Positions 9,901-18,863 of a stretch of 35,297 nt of DNA are shown in pieces. The notes beneath the pieces are model-generated. The model was not told where the DNA came from, searched no databases, and was given only the letters and a program-made list of their open reading frames with translations. The stretch lies in the IMG/VR virus record IMGVR_UViG_3300002092_000110, positions 1 to 35,297 of that record; one strand, 5' to 3'. Source of the stretch: a virus (Duplodnaviria > Caudoviricetes). The translations under genes were made by a program, and so were the position numbers. The first letter of the stretch is position 1. Each line of letters begins with the position of its first letter.

Positions 9901-10174
9901 TATCTGTATAAGAAATACCAATTGAACTATAAACACCACCGGCAAGGATTGTACCTTTACTTGGATCATCTAAGGTACCGGTATAACTTTTAACTAAAGC
10001 CCAATAAGTAGGCGATGGGTCAGAAGGATCAGGAACTATAGGGCTCCAAGAAAGTTTAATAGTTTGGTAATCACTCGAAAGTGCAACAATATTAGATTGG
10101 TAGTAAACACTTACTACAGAGGTAACTCCATAGCGTACTCCAGACCCATATAGTTTAGTACCATACTTTGCCAT
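6950..10174 (-). CDS. Baseplate wedge/tail protein (P2 gpI-like region) with multiple carbohydrate-binding-module-like domains
   Basis: WLPKAW...F..MYD and YKGT..GL wedge-like segment; repeated N/S-x-x-FE...W jelly-roll starts (SSFEESVGRW, NSEMEYGLYSW, NSGFETNTTDW, SSFENDLNGW); follows baseplate J. Confidence 0.75.
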   Translation of the reverse strand: MAKYGTKLYGSGVRYGVTSVVSVYYQSNIVALSSDYQTIKLSWSPIVPDPSDPSPTYWALVKSYTGTLDDPSKGTILAGGVYSSIGISYTDIITDNQDLEVSYSIWLFNGSSWKFCGSTYTFLVSDKNSLVKISNWLPKAWLNQSNNIGEGLSYYGDNSFVTILGVFSFMYDYIRVEGSVLGNSLNPIYTPSALLPYKSTSLGFNYEAALGDIYNRSLSSTGNIINSYKGTSAGLTIYTTALTHWGAGYSLGHNLMLDYNDSSFEESVGRWGVSSGTLATTTYVLAGISAPTPFVDASYPGKSVGVGKLTTAATTPITMSLPSTGLDVKLNGVPVVGGTRYIFSGWARHTAVATTITGVITWYDQFGNSLGSTSASPTFTTTTNFAEFTTASDSGRNGKLAPLRATFAKVILTVTPSAATSNIIYYDMFQFAEASHSLMYEDARKIYINVAGEKENYFYNSEMEYGLYSWTALNGNLSQDSVTTAAIVHGTKTGKLTSIATGTAAYISDWVAIEPGQQIVASAYILGSAARTVKVRLEFSNQSSTQLQSSILSDTDGQYYPTTQYFIDSDPFTLSTTTPTQIYGTGITPPFSQDAGNPLVKVSFYFTDNVAGDSYWLDGGLLEESSTVDPFFDGDGGATITNPLTQKYYAPADCKWEYKEVYNYVSNSGFETNTTDWTAGSGTLTRVTTDTGGVGPKYGTYFGKLTYSSTGSLTGTAYLPSAAVGGEDFIISAYVRGAQATYTLGTNTFTISSSEKADWKRIHTVVQLAAGATTVSFTISVANTTGSTSTYFHIDGVHGEYGRVVNQYLDTTLTTTFAINNPLTSSKTIWAAKVQSVGGGKSSYFSNYNTKLSRLNATIGNFMPVGANWGINTRSASATYADLPGAKISSSSFENDLNGWVAVNSTLARKIAGGTLLADNVTHGQGYCRVTTAGSSGNKPFGIKTGKIYIVPDAGYYSSVAIRPVNSDSLGSYTLEVDYYDINDNVIVVYQDNLTGNKTTNSKDSTGASNSVITSTARTKTVSITHTDRWAYVGNSFPVSSITGAAYAIVNITFSPATYVSGQAFDIDRVVFRE

Positions 10175-10177
10175 TTA

Positions 10178-11929
10178 TTAAATACCGCCGCTAACTGTAG
10201 TTGTTAGAGAGGAGGCAAGAAGATATGGGATCTCATTTGCAGCCAAAGTTAAAGAGTTATTTACAGTAACCGACGCATCTCTAGAAAACTGAGTTACCGT
10301 TGCAGAGATAACACCTGGCACAGATTGAATAGCCGCAGTTATTTGTGATAAGTTAATTACATCACCAAATACGTTATTGTCGTAATAAAACATTCCGCCT
10401 TCTCCAAGAAAAGCTTGATAAATTGCAAGTTTAATATCGGAATTTTTATACGCTGGGTTTGCAACTACAGTAGAAGATAAATAAATAGGTACATAAGTTG
10501 GAGGTAAAATTGTTAATGAGGTTCCAACTAAAATTTTATCTGACATATAAGTTTGAACTGCCGATGAAAGGTTAGTCCAAGCAGAAGTTGGGGTTAATGA
10601 AATAGCCAATCCACCGCCAACATATGTGGTTGTTACTGTACTAGCTACAGTAAAAGAAGAAGTTGTTGGAATTGCTGTAATAACTACACCTTGAAGGTTA
10701 TACGCAACAGGGTTGACACCAGATACGTTAATGGTATTGCCAATAGCAAAACCATGATCCACATCCGTAGCAAAAGTAACTGCAGATCCAGTTGTAGAAG
10801 TACCAACAATATTAGCTTGAGGATATCCGGTAGCTGCTTGTCCATCATTCATAGGTTGAATATACAAATTAATGTTTGTATACACACTTGATGCAGCATT
10901 GGCTTTGCCAACACCTTCTGTCAAATTTGCTAAGTATGCATAATCTGATAGGGTTATTGCTCTACGACGAGTAAGCACCGCAGATTTAATTTTATTTTTA
11001 ATATTAACTGTAGAATCTGCATCAGCACCGCCAGTAGCTGGAGCATTATTAGATACCGTAAAGTAGGTTGTTATTTGTGGATCTAAGTTTCCAGGAAAAA
11101 AAGTAAGTTCTGTAATTGCAAGAGATTTAATATTTCCTGCAGAACCAACGCTAACTTTATAGGAAGCACTAATTAATTGTCCGCTAGGAGGAATAGCACC
11201 GTTTACGTTATCTCCAAAAACAATGTTAATTGTTCCGTCCTCATTAGGAGATGTAGTAAATATTCTATCTCCAGGACCAGATTCTAATAGGGTATCTTTA
11301 TAGGTCCAGTTACCAAAAGCAACACCTTGACCTACGTAAACTGTAATAGAGTTATTTACAACGCCTGTTTCAGCAACGTAAAATGTTTGATTAGCCGAAC
11401 CATCTGAAGAACCTAAGTTAGCTGGAAGAGCGACGTTGTAAGTACTATCAATTAAGTCTGGTTTATCTGTATTTACTGTCTTTCCTTCTTGACACAGTAA
11501 AGTAATAGATGCTCCGGGAACTATAGCAGTAGCCGCAGTTGTTGTTTCAAAATACACTTCAGAATAAGCACCAAAAGATAAAGGCGCCATAACTTGTGTT
11601 CCAATAGGAATATCAATAATATTAGAACTTACGTTAGTAAAGGTTACATTTACAGTTGCTGGGGTAGGACCTGAAATAACATAGTCATAAAGTTGTGCAA
11701 AAGAGAGCAAAGTTTTACGTTGAATAGCGGTGTCAATAGTTGTTTCATTAGCAATTCGGTCTAGGTAATGTGACATAATGTCACCCATATAAGCAAATGT
11801 TTCTACAAGTACGTTACCTAAATCTGAATAATCAGTAGGGTCCCAAGTAGTACCAGTACGCTCTTTAATGAGTGCAATTAGATCCGCTTTTAATGCGGCA
11901 AAGTCTCTGGATGTATAGTCAATTTGCAT
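10178..11929 (-). CDS. Baseplate J-like wedge protein
   Basis: IDYTSRDF, D.G..LVE.FAYMGD..S.Y.DR.ANE, FGDNVNGAIPP, GGADAD, RAITLSDY. Confidence 0.93.
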   Translation of the reverse strand: MQIDYTSRDFAALKADLIALIKERTGTTWDPTDYSDLGNVLVETFAYMGDIMSHYLDRIANETTIDTAIQRKTLLSFAQLYDYVISGPTPATVNVTFTNVSSNIIDIPIGTQVMAPLSFGAYSEVYFETTTAATAIVPGASITLLCQEGKTVNTDKPDLIDSTYNVALPANLGSSDGSANQTFYVAETGVVNNSITVYVGQGVAFGNWTYKDTLLESGPGDRIFTTSPNEDGTINIVFGDNVNGAIPPSGQLISASYKVSVGSAGNIKSLAITELTFFPGNLDPQITTYFTVSNNAPATGGADADSTVNIKNKIKSAVLTRRRAITLSDYAYLANLTEGVGKANAASSVYTNINLYIQPMNDGQAATGYPQANIVGTSTTGSAVTFATDVDHGFAIGNTINVSGVNPVAYNLQGVVITAIPTTSSFTVASTVTTTYVGGGLAISLTPTSAWTNLSSAVQTYMSDKILVGTSLTILPPTYVPIYLSSTVVANPAYKNSDIKLAIYQAFLGEGGMFYYDNNVFGDVINLSQITAAIQSVPGVISATVTQFSRDASVTVNNSLTLAANEIPYLLASSLTTTVSGGI

Positions 11930-11931
11930 AA

Positions 11932-12321
11932 TTACCCCGCAATAGTTCCGCTATAGTTAATGGTGCCTGTATTGATCGTTAAGGAAGTAAGTGTATCATC
12001 CGGCAGCTTTAAAGACACAATTACATTTTCTGTACCATCAAAGTTATTCCCAACAAAATCTACTGAGGTTACAGAAACTTCTGGAATCCATTTTGCAATA
12101 GCTTCTGAAATTGCTAGAGGGATGGCAATTTGAGCATCACTATCATTTTCAAATAAAGATTTACTCCAGTTAACTCCATAAGTAGGGAGCATAGGACGTT
12201 GTCCTACATAGTAGGATAACAAAGTTAAAACCCTATCAACATAAATTTTAGTAGCTGATTCTGTATATTGAGCTATACCATTTGGATCAATTGTGTATGG
12301 AAAAGATATGGCTCTACTCAT
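11932..12321 (-). CDS. gp25/GpW-like baseplate sheath initiator
   Basis: AISFPY, GQRPMLPTYG, AIAKWIPEV; start ATG 12321 (ATGA overlap). Confidence 0.9.
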   Translation of the reverse strand: MSRAISFPYTIDPNGIAQYTESATKIYVDRVLTLLSYYVGQRPMLPTYGVNWSKSLFENDSDAQIAIPLAISEAIAKWIPEVSVTSVDFVGNNFDGTENVIVSLKLPDDTLTSLTINTGTINYSGTIAG

Positions 12322-12914
12322 GACTGTACTCCTATCCATACTGGGTAATCAGGATCCCCAGCAATAAACATTACCCAAACTAGTTGGTTTACCGCAGGAA
12401 TAGTCCTGTGAAACGTATGCTCCGGAGTCTTAAGACTAGTAGATGAACTAGTAGTTCCAGGAGCACTAAGACCACTAGCAGTAGTATAGGTGCTATTTTC
12501 CTGGGTGTCTGTTGTAGATGTAGGTGCAGTTACCGCAACATTTTTTGTAACCATAGTTTTAGTAGTAGTATGCGGATGGTTTAATTGTCCACTAGCACTT
12601 TTAGCTACAATAGTAAGCGCAGGAATAGTAACTGATCCCCCCTGAGGATCAGATGCTGTAGTAGATGTAGTTGTTAATAGCGCCGCAATTTGTGCAGCAG
12701 TATGGGGTTGATGATCTGGATGATAAGAGGAGTCTGTAATAGGTAAACAAGCTGGAGCCCAATTATGTGATTCAACACCAGTAGGGCCATGAACTAAAAT
12801 TTGAATTCTATTTTTATTTAAAGGATCTTTTACACTAGTTACTTGTCCAGAATAAAGACCATAAAAACGAGGGCGACCTTGAGGATCCATCATATACTCA
12901 GTATTATAATTCAT
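12318..12914 (-). CDS. Baseplate spike, gp5/gpV N-terminal OB-fold with a large His-containing insertion
   Basis: FYGLYSGQV...DPLNKNRI...WA and P.VNQLVWVMFIAGDPDYPVWIG flanking an insert of roughly 110 aa. Confidence 0.85.
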   Translation of the reverse strand: MNYNTEYMMDPQGRPRFYGLYSGQVTSVKDPLNKNRIQILVHGPTGVESHNWAPACLPITDSSYHPDHQPHTAAQIAALLTTTSTTASDPQGGSVTIPALTIVAKSASGQLNHPHTTTKTMVTKNVAVTAPTSTTDTQENSTYTTASGLSAPGTTSSSTSLKTPEHTFHRTIPAVNQLVWVMFIAGDPDYPVWIGVQS

Positions 12915-13525
12915 CTTAATACCTTTCCACCACTAGTAGCAGACCACTGTATTGTCTTTTTAATTCCATCAATATTTGGTGAAGAAGACTTAAATTTAGT
13001 ACTTCCAATAACTGTAGGTACAGCAATTTGAGATTTATTTTGTACCGCTGTTTTAATAGTCGTTCCATAGGAAGGATTAAGAGTCGAAGAGTTTGGAGAC
13101 AAGTTATACTCTGTTAATTTAGAAGACGCAGCAGTCAATGATTGGTTTGCAAAATCACTTTGAACATCTCTGGTATCAGATCTGTCTTTAGCTTTAGGAT
13201 CAATATCACCAACAAAATCTGTGCCAACTTCAAGATTTAAAATGTAATTTGCAACACGTCCGCCAAATACATGCTCAATAGAAAGAACTGTCCAGTATCC
13301 TGACATACCGTTAGGAAGACCATCAAGATAGATTGGATCATAAGGACGAAGAGTAGCGTGCCCTACAATACTAACTTTTGCCCTGTGTTGATATTTATGT
13401 GCCTCATTATATGATTGAGCAATGTGTTTAGAGTTTACTAAATCTTTAATTACTTCATGAGGATGATGTTTTTTAAATATAGCGGTTTGTGTACCATCAG
13501 ATTTATTGTTAGAAAAGTTACTCAT
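12911..13525 (-). CDS. Baseplate hub (gpD/gp44/VgrG-like), C-terminal part
   Basis: AKVSIVGHATLRPYDPIYLDGL...SGYWTVLSIEHVF is the C-terminal barrel motif of hub proteins; TGATG overlap with the upstream half. Confidence 0.8.
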   Translation of the reverse strand: MSNFSNNKSDGTQTAIFKKHHPHEVIKDLVNSKHIAQSYNEAHKYQHRAKVSIVGHATLRPYDPIYLDGLPNGMSGYWTVLSIEHVFGGRVANYILNLEVGTDFVGDIDPKAKDRSDTRDVQSDFANQSLTAASSKLTEYNLSPNSSTLNPSYGTTIKTAVQNKSQIAVPTVIGSTKFKSSSPNIDGIKKTIQWSATSGGKVLR

Positions 13526-14391
13526 CACTTACCTATTTTCTTTGTAAAGTAAGTTTTATTTGGAATAACAACTCCAGGATTACCCTTCTTAGGGGCTGTA
13601 TGCAAATGAGTAGCTTTAATTGTAGAAGCAGTCTTAGTATTTATTCCACTGATAACTCTATCAACTCTTACCCCAGCTTCTGGTGCTTGATCTGAAATTT
13701 CAGGTTCAAAAATAAGAATAGTTCCTGTCATACGAAGTTCTCTTGGTACTACACCACCTATTTCATCATCTACATAATTAAAGTATGGAGCAGACATTTT
13801 TTTACTTTGATAGATTTTATCTTTAGATACAAAAGTAATAGTGGTGTTTTCAGTCAATAACGCAAAACCAGTTTGTTTAGCTAAGCTTCGACATAGCTGC
13901 CAATCGCTTTGACCTGACTGAACAACTTGATCTCTTACTCTAGGATCTCTTTGAGTAACGGCTTCCATGCTATGTTTTTTAGCAATTTTAGAAATTACTT
14001 GGTCAGAAGTTATATTTTTATAAATTTTTTGATCTGTATTTTTTAATACCCAGGAAGCCCCTACGCAAATAATATCTGTATTACCTCCTTGAAAAGTATT
14101 GTCTTGACGAATATGGTGGACATACCCATGCCAAGTAGACTTTAATTTTCCTGAACGGTAGGTAAAAATAATTGGGTCACCTGATAATATTGCTTGTCTT
14201 TTATTAACTGGTTTACCTTTGTAATGAAGAACCAAACGATCATGTTCTTCTGGATCTTGATGTAGTTCAGCACCAATTAATATAAGATCCATATCAGAAG
14301 CTTTAGGAAACGTTGCAGTATAATCACTATCTTTTGCATTAGAGTTCCAGACAAAGTTTTTATGAAAAGGAGTATTTTGGTCAATTGCCAT
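13525..14391 (-). CDS. Baseplate hub (gpD/gp44/VgrG-like), N-terminal part
   Basis: YKNITSDQVISKIAKKH and QSGQSDWQLCRSLAKQTGF resemble the Q..ESD..F..RLA hub motif. Confidence 0.85.
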   Translation of the reverse strand: MAIDQNTPFHKNFVWNSNAKDSDYTATFPKASDMDLILIGAELHQDPEEHDRLVLHYKGKPVNKRQAILSGDPIIFTYRSGKLKSTWHGYVHHIRQDNTFQGGNTDIICVGASWVLKNTDQKIYKNITSDQVISKIAKKHSMEAVTQRDPRVRDQVVQSGQSDWQLCRSLAKQTGFALLTENTTITFVSKDKIYQSKKMSAPYFNYVDDEIGGVVPRELRMTGTILIFEPEISDQAPEAGVRVDRVISGINTKTASTIKATHLHTAPKKGNPGVVIPNKTYFTKKIGK

Positions 14392-14662
14392 AAGGAATCC
14401 TTAAAATAGTTCCCTCTGTAATACCAAATGGGTCATCAATTTCAGGATTGATTTCCATAATTTCCCACCAATACTTTGCCCCTACACCAAAAATTTCAGA
14501 AAGTCTAGAAAGACTATCTCCTTCTTTCCAAGTATAACTAATATAGTTAATTGTTTTGCTATCAGGAAAATTTCTAAACACAGAAATAATGTAATCACCT
14601 GTATATTTATGAGGAGTTTGAGTTAAAGAACCGTCATAATATCTTGATACTCTTTCAATCAT
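14381..14662 (-). CDS. LysM/tail-X-like baseplate protein
   Basis: YTWKEGDSLSRLS...YWWEIMEINPEI.DP..I..GTILRIP. Confidence 0.88.
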   Translation of the reverse strand: MIERVSRYYDGSLTQTPHKYTGDYIISVFRNFPDSKTINYISYTWKEGDSLSRLSEIFGVGAKYWWEIMEINPEIDDPFGITEGTILRIPYGN

Positions 14663-16419
14663 TAGTTGCCCGGTGCCTTTCCGCTATTAGCTATAGCACT
14701 TTTAATGGCATTTGCTCCAACAACGCTTGCACTTAAATTACTGTCTGTCCATAAAGCTGGGTAACGACTAAAAGTTATACTGACAGTACTTAACATAGGA
14801 ACCATGTTTAAATCAAACATCACATGATTTACTTGAAAACTAGCTACTGATCCAAAATATTTTAGATTTTTATTTAATTGAAGCCAGCAAGGAACACCAG
14901 AAGTATATCCAAAATCTGCAGTATCACCTGTGTACGCACTATCAAATAACAATGCCTTTTTTAAAGGATCTCCATTTAAAACACGGTATAAAAATTCTAT
15001 ATCATATTCTGTTCCACGATTTAAAATACCATCTATTTCGTATTGTTTTAATTCTCTACCATATAATTGTGATTGAGAAACTTCTGGATATTGCATTCGT
15101 AAATAACTTAAATCAGGGATTCTATTTAAGTATAATTCAAAAGATACGGTTGAATTACCCATAAGTAAAGTAGCGGGATCAGATTGACCTAACGTCCAAT
15201 CAACTGAGTTATTAGATGCAGTAGAATAACTAAATGTAGTTGGATTATATGTAAATCTAAAACCCCATTGATTTGATCCTTTAGAAATACTTTCTTTTAG
15301 CTTATCAGGGTTTCTATTTAAAACTTTAGCTCCATTTACATCTTGATAAATTGCCCCACGTTCACTTACTGCAAAAGCTTTTTCAACACTTTTTAATCTA
15401 TTTGTAACGGTATAAAGATCTCTAAAACTATAATCATTAGTCGTATCATAAATTAATTTTTCTGAAAAAGATGTTCTTAAAACTTGATCATATGGAGGTG
15501 GATTATACCTGTAAACATCTTTTGGTTCTTCAGTAGGAATACTTTGATAATTAGCTTGATCTACAGCACCACAATCTGTACCACCACTTTTTATTTTTAT
15601 AAAATTATTAAAAGCTGTTTTACTAAATTTAAGTCTAGAACTTTTTGTAGCCAACACTGCATCTGATGGCGCAGGCTGTGGTGTAAGGTTATTTCCATTT
15701 ACATCACAGGTCCAAAGAACTGAATAACTTAAAGTAAGATGATATATTAAAAAATACCACTGTGCAGAACAGACGTCATAATAATAGTTTGTAATATTTT
15801 GTTCGTATCCAGATGAAAGTTTAGCTCCTACACCATTTTCTTTAGTACCTGCTTCAATAGCAATTGCTGGAAAAGTTGGCTGCTTATGTGTGGTTGTCCA
15901 AGTAATATTTGGTACGTTATTAGATGTAGTTCTCCAATTTATACCTGTAATTTTGCTTGGAGTAGGGCTAGAAGTACTTGTCCAGTGAATATTAATTTCA
16001 GGTGTAGCAACTACTTGACCAGATGTAGTATTGGCAGTACGATTAAAACTAATTTTATAGTGAGAATTTTCAAATGTGCCGGTTCCTGTGCGAACATTAG
16101 TGTCAGTAGTTCCTTTACTAACAGTAATACCTATCACTAACCCTGCAGATAATCCATTATTTTGATTAGTAGACGAGTTAGGTGATACTAATATTCCTTT
16201 GTTATCAATGCCAGCAATGCCAGTATTAAAAGCAGTTTGCCAAGCAGAAAAAGTTGCTTTGCTACTGGCATAGACATCAATTACATAATAAACATACCAG
16301 CTAGTATTAGTTTGAATATTAGTTTCTGAAATTAAAGTAGTTGACTCTAAAGTAGTAATAGTTTCTTGTTCTCGTTCTGTTTTAAAACGTCTAACATCCG
16401 CATAGTAATAGGTAGCCAT
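14662..16419 (-). CDS. Tail tube initiator-like baseplate protein with a long N-terminal extension
   Basis: C-terminal FTYNPTTFSYS...VSFELYL...GSVASFQVNHVMFD..MVPMLSTVSITF; located between tape measure and LysM genes. Confidence 0.7.
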   Translation of the reverse strand: MATYYYADVRRFKTEREQETITTLESTTLISETNIQTNTSWYVYYVIDVYASSKATFSAWQTAFNTGIAGIDNKGILVSPNSSTNQNNGLSAGLVIGITVSKGTTDTNVRTGTGTFENSHYKISFNRTANTTSGQVVATPEINIHWTSTSSPTPSKITGINWRTTSNNVPNITWTTTHKQPTFPAIAIEAGTKENGVGAKLSSGYEQNITNYYYDVCSAQWYFLIYHLTLSYSVLWTCDVNGNNLTPQPAPSDAVLATKSSRLKFSKTAFNNFIKIKSGGTDCGAVDQANYQSIPTEEPKDVYRYNPPPYDQVLRTSFSEKLIYDTTNDYSFRDLYTVTNRLKSVEKAFAVSERGAIYQDVNGAKVLNRNPDKLKESISKGSNQWGFRFTYNPTTFSYSTASNNSVDWTLGQSDPATLLMGNSTVSFELYLNRIPDLSYLRMQYPEVSQSQLYGRELKQYEIDGILNRGTEYDIEFLYRVLNGDPLKKALLFDSAYTGDTADFGYTSGVPCWLQLNKNLKYFGSVASFQVNHVMFDLNMVPMLSTVSITFSRYPALWTDSNLSASVVGANAIKSAIANSGKAPGN

Positions 16420-18713
16420 TAGAGAGCACTTCCAATCTTCTTAAGAACATCGCTTTCAGTAAGGCGCTTGCCAATCAGTCTAACCATACGGTCTGTTTCT
16501 TGTACACTACCTTGAGCAATGTTTACCTTCATCTGTAAGTTAATGACTACACATTTAGAACTAGAATTTCCACGAACAGTACCAAGATTCATTCCTTCAA
16601 TAGGGCCGCCAACATCCTCATTAAAACCTGCACTAGTTAATGATGTTCCTAAGCTTGGACTTGATAAACTTTGTAAATTTACTGAATAATTACTTATAGT
16701 TTTTTTGGCTTTTGTATTTTTTGCGCCAACTATAGATTGATTGTTTTTGGCAACAGCCATAGCTTGATCAGAAACACCTTTAGGAACTATAACTGAACTA
16801 GAACTAGGACTTATAGGGGATGCGGGTGCCCCACTTAAGTAAGGCGCTGGGTTTATCTTTACACCTTTTTCATCAAGAATTTCAAAGTGAAGGTGTGGGC
16901 CAGTAGAGTTACCGGCACCAGCAGCACCAGATTTACCACCAGACTTACCTAGTGGTTGTCCAGGGGTTACTTTTTGTCCTCTAGATACATTGACTTGGGA
17001 CATATGTGCATAACGAGATTTAGTGCCATCATCATGTTGTACTTCAATCCAATTACCATAACCAGCAGCATCATTACCAAGATAACTAATATGTCCGCTA
17101 GTAACAGCTGTTAATGTACTTCCTACAGCAGTACCAAAGTCAATACCTTTGTGGTTTGTAGACCCTTTACCGCCAGGGGATACACGAGTTCCAAATGGCG
17201 AGGTTACTGTTGTTCCTTTTGGAACAGGGCTAGAAAAAGATAAAGATGCAGAGCTTCCTGAAGCACCTGTGCCTAAGTTACCATGGTCACTAGGACCGCC
17301 CTTACCAAACAATCGTGCCAATAAACCAGCTGCACCGACCTCACTTGCACCACCAGTTTCAGGGGCAGCAGCTGCAGCACCAACTTCAATTGCTGCGGCT
17401 TCTCCAAGTTTTAAAAGGTTTTTAGGATTTTTAATAAAGTTAAAAATACCTTTAAGAATTCCACCACCAGCTGCTTTAACTGCTGTGTTACCGAAAACTT
17501 TACCCATCATCTTATAGCCCATGTAGTCTTTTGCAAGACCCATAGCGCCACCAGCTATACCAGATATAGTTCCGCCCATGCCACCGGCATTAGGAAAGGT
17601 TTGAAGAATACCTTTAAGGGTCATAAGGCCTTGATTAACTGGGCCAAGCAATCCTGCCATAGTGCTGTATGCGTCATTAAGTGAGGCGGCTGTACGAAGA
17701 GAGGCATCATAGCCTCCAACTAATCCCTGTTCAGTTGCAGCAAGTTTTTTATTCTCACTAGAGTTGTAACGAAAGTTAGCACGAATAGGGCTGCTCTGAT
17801 CTACACCCATCGCATTAAGAATTGAGTTTGGATCTTTCATCTGCGATGAAGTAAGCGGAGATCCATTAGATGCACGAGCTACAATACCGGCTTGAATAGT
17901 TTGCATTAATGCCTGGTCGCCACCAGTAATTTGTTGAATAGTTTGATAGCCTTTGCTACCAGGGTTCATAACTAAAGCAGCCTGTTGTTTTGTAATCTTT
18001 TGTCCACGGTACAAGAAGCTATATACATCATTAATAATTTGGTTAGGTGGTTTTAAATTACCTTGACGATCACGGATTTGAATACCGGCACGTAAAAAAC
18101 TCATGCCATTCATACCCGCCATGCTTGCAGCGGCTTGTTCGTTGCTCATACCAGTCATAGCACTTAAGCCAGCAAGTTGACCCATAATATTTTTAGAGCT
18201 TAATGAATTAGCGGTATATCCACCTTGGTACATTAAATTCATAGCTGCCATGGTTGGACCCATAGCGCTTGTTGCTCCACCGCCTACTTGTTGGTTAGCT
18301 TGAAGAATTGCGGTACGAGAAGACATGCCACTAAGTCCGGCGTATGTATCTGCACCCATGCGCTGCGTAACTGCAGCCATAGTATTTGGTGCCATGGAAT
18401 TATAAACAGCCCCACCAAAGGTTGCTAGGCCAAGGCCTATACCAACTTTTTCAGCACGAGTAAATTCACCAAGACCAAGGCGACCTGCCCCAGGTCTTCC
18501 TGCACCCATTTTGCCTGTTGCAGTTTCGGTATCTTTAATGGCTTTAGACCATTCATCAACCATCTGGTCTACAAGTTTTTTAGCCTCTTTAAAATATTTA
18601 ATAAAGTTTTTAGGAAGACCGTCAAAATCAACTTCATCTCCCATGGAAGCAAAAGGCGTAGACTCACCGTCAGAAGGTGAGGCCATATTGTTGCCTGTTG
18701 TACCTACTGCCAT
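16419..18713 (-). CDS. Tape measure protein with C-terminal M23 peptidase
   Basis: Ala/Gly/Met-rich helical N-part; M23 motifs TSPFG.R, HKGIDF, GYGN...H, YAHMS, GNSTGPHLHFE. Confidence 0.9.
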   Translation of the reverse strand: MAVGTTGNNMASPSDGESTPFASMGDEVDFDGLPKNFIKYFKEAKKLVDQMVDEWSKAIKDTETATGKMGAGRPGAGRLGLGEFTRAEKVGIGLGLATFGGAVYNSMAPNTMAAVTQRMGADTYAGLSGMSSRTAILQANQQVGGGATSAMGPTMAAMNLMYQGGYTANSLSSKNIMGQLAGLSAMTGMSNEQAAASMAGMNGMSFLRAGIQIRDRQGNLKPPNQIINDVYSFLYRGQKITKQQAALVMNPGSKGYQTIQQITGGDQALMQTIQAGIVARASNGSPLTSSQMKDPNSILNAMGVDQSSPIRANFRYNSSENKKLAATEQGLVGGYDASLRTAASLNDAYSTMAGLLGPVNQGLMTLKGILQTFPNAGGMGGTISGIAGGAMGLAKDYMGYKMMGKVFGNTAVKAAGGGILKGIFNFIKNPKNLLKLGEAAAIEVGAAAAAPETGGASEVGAAGLLARLFGKGGPSDHGNLGTGASGSSASLSFSSPVPKGTTVTSPFGTRVSPGGKGSTNHKGIDFGTAVGSTLTAVTSGHISYLGNDAAGYGNWIEVQHDDGTKSRYAHMSQVNVSRGQKVTPGQPLGKSGGKSGAAGAGNSTGPHLHFEILDEKGVKINPAPYLSGAPASPISPSSSSVIVPKGVSDQAMAVAKNNQSIVGAKNTKAKKTISNYSVNLQSLSSPSLGTSLTSAGFNEDVGGPIEGMNLGTVRGNSSSKCVVINLQMKVNIAQGSVQETDRMVRLIGKRLTESDVLKKIGSAL

Positions 18714-18718
18714 TTACA

Positions 18719-18841
18719 TCACCGCCTTATTCTAGCCGTAGCTCTATCTAACCAATTTATACGTTCCCTCATACTAAGGTTACGTACCTCATTTAGTGTC
18801 CACCCAGGATAACTTTGGATCAGTAGATCCTGCATATCCAT
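18719..18841 (-). CDS. Small tail/baseplate assembly chaperone partner (40 aa from ATG; possibly expressed by +1 frameshift from the upstream gene), missed by ORF track
   Basis: MDMQDLLIQSYPGWTLNEVRNLSMRERINWLDRATARIRR; GW...E...L...R..W pattern typical of the ORF preceding tape measure genes; frame open back to 18871. Confidence 0.75.
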   Translation of the reverse strand: MDMQDLLIQSYPGWTLNEVRNLSMRERINWLDRATARIRR

Positions 18842-18863
18842 AAGCAGTTCGTAGTCAATCTCG

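Noticed and set aside
13520-13560. Frameshift joining the two hub ORFs
   Set aside because: An in-frame TAA directly precedes the downstream start
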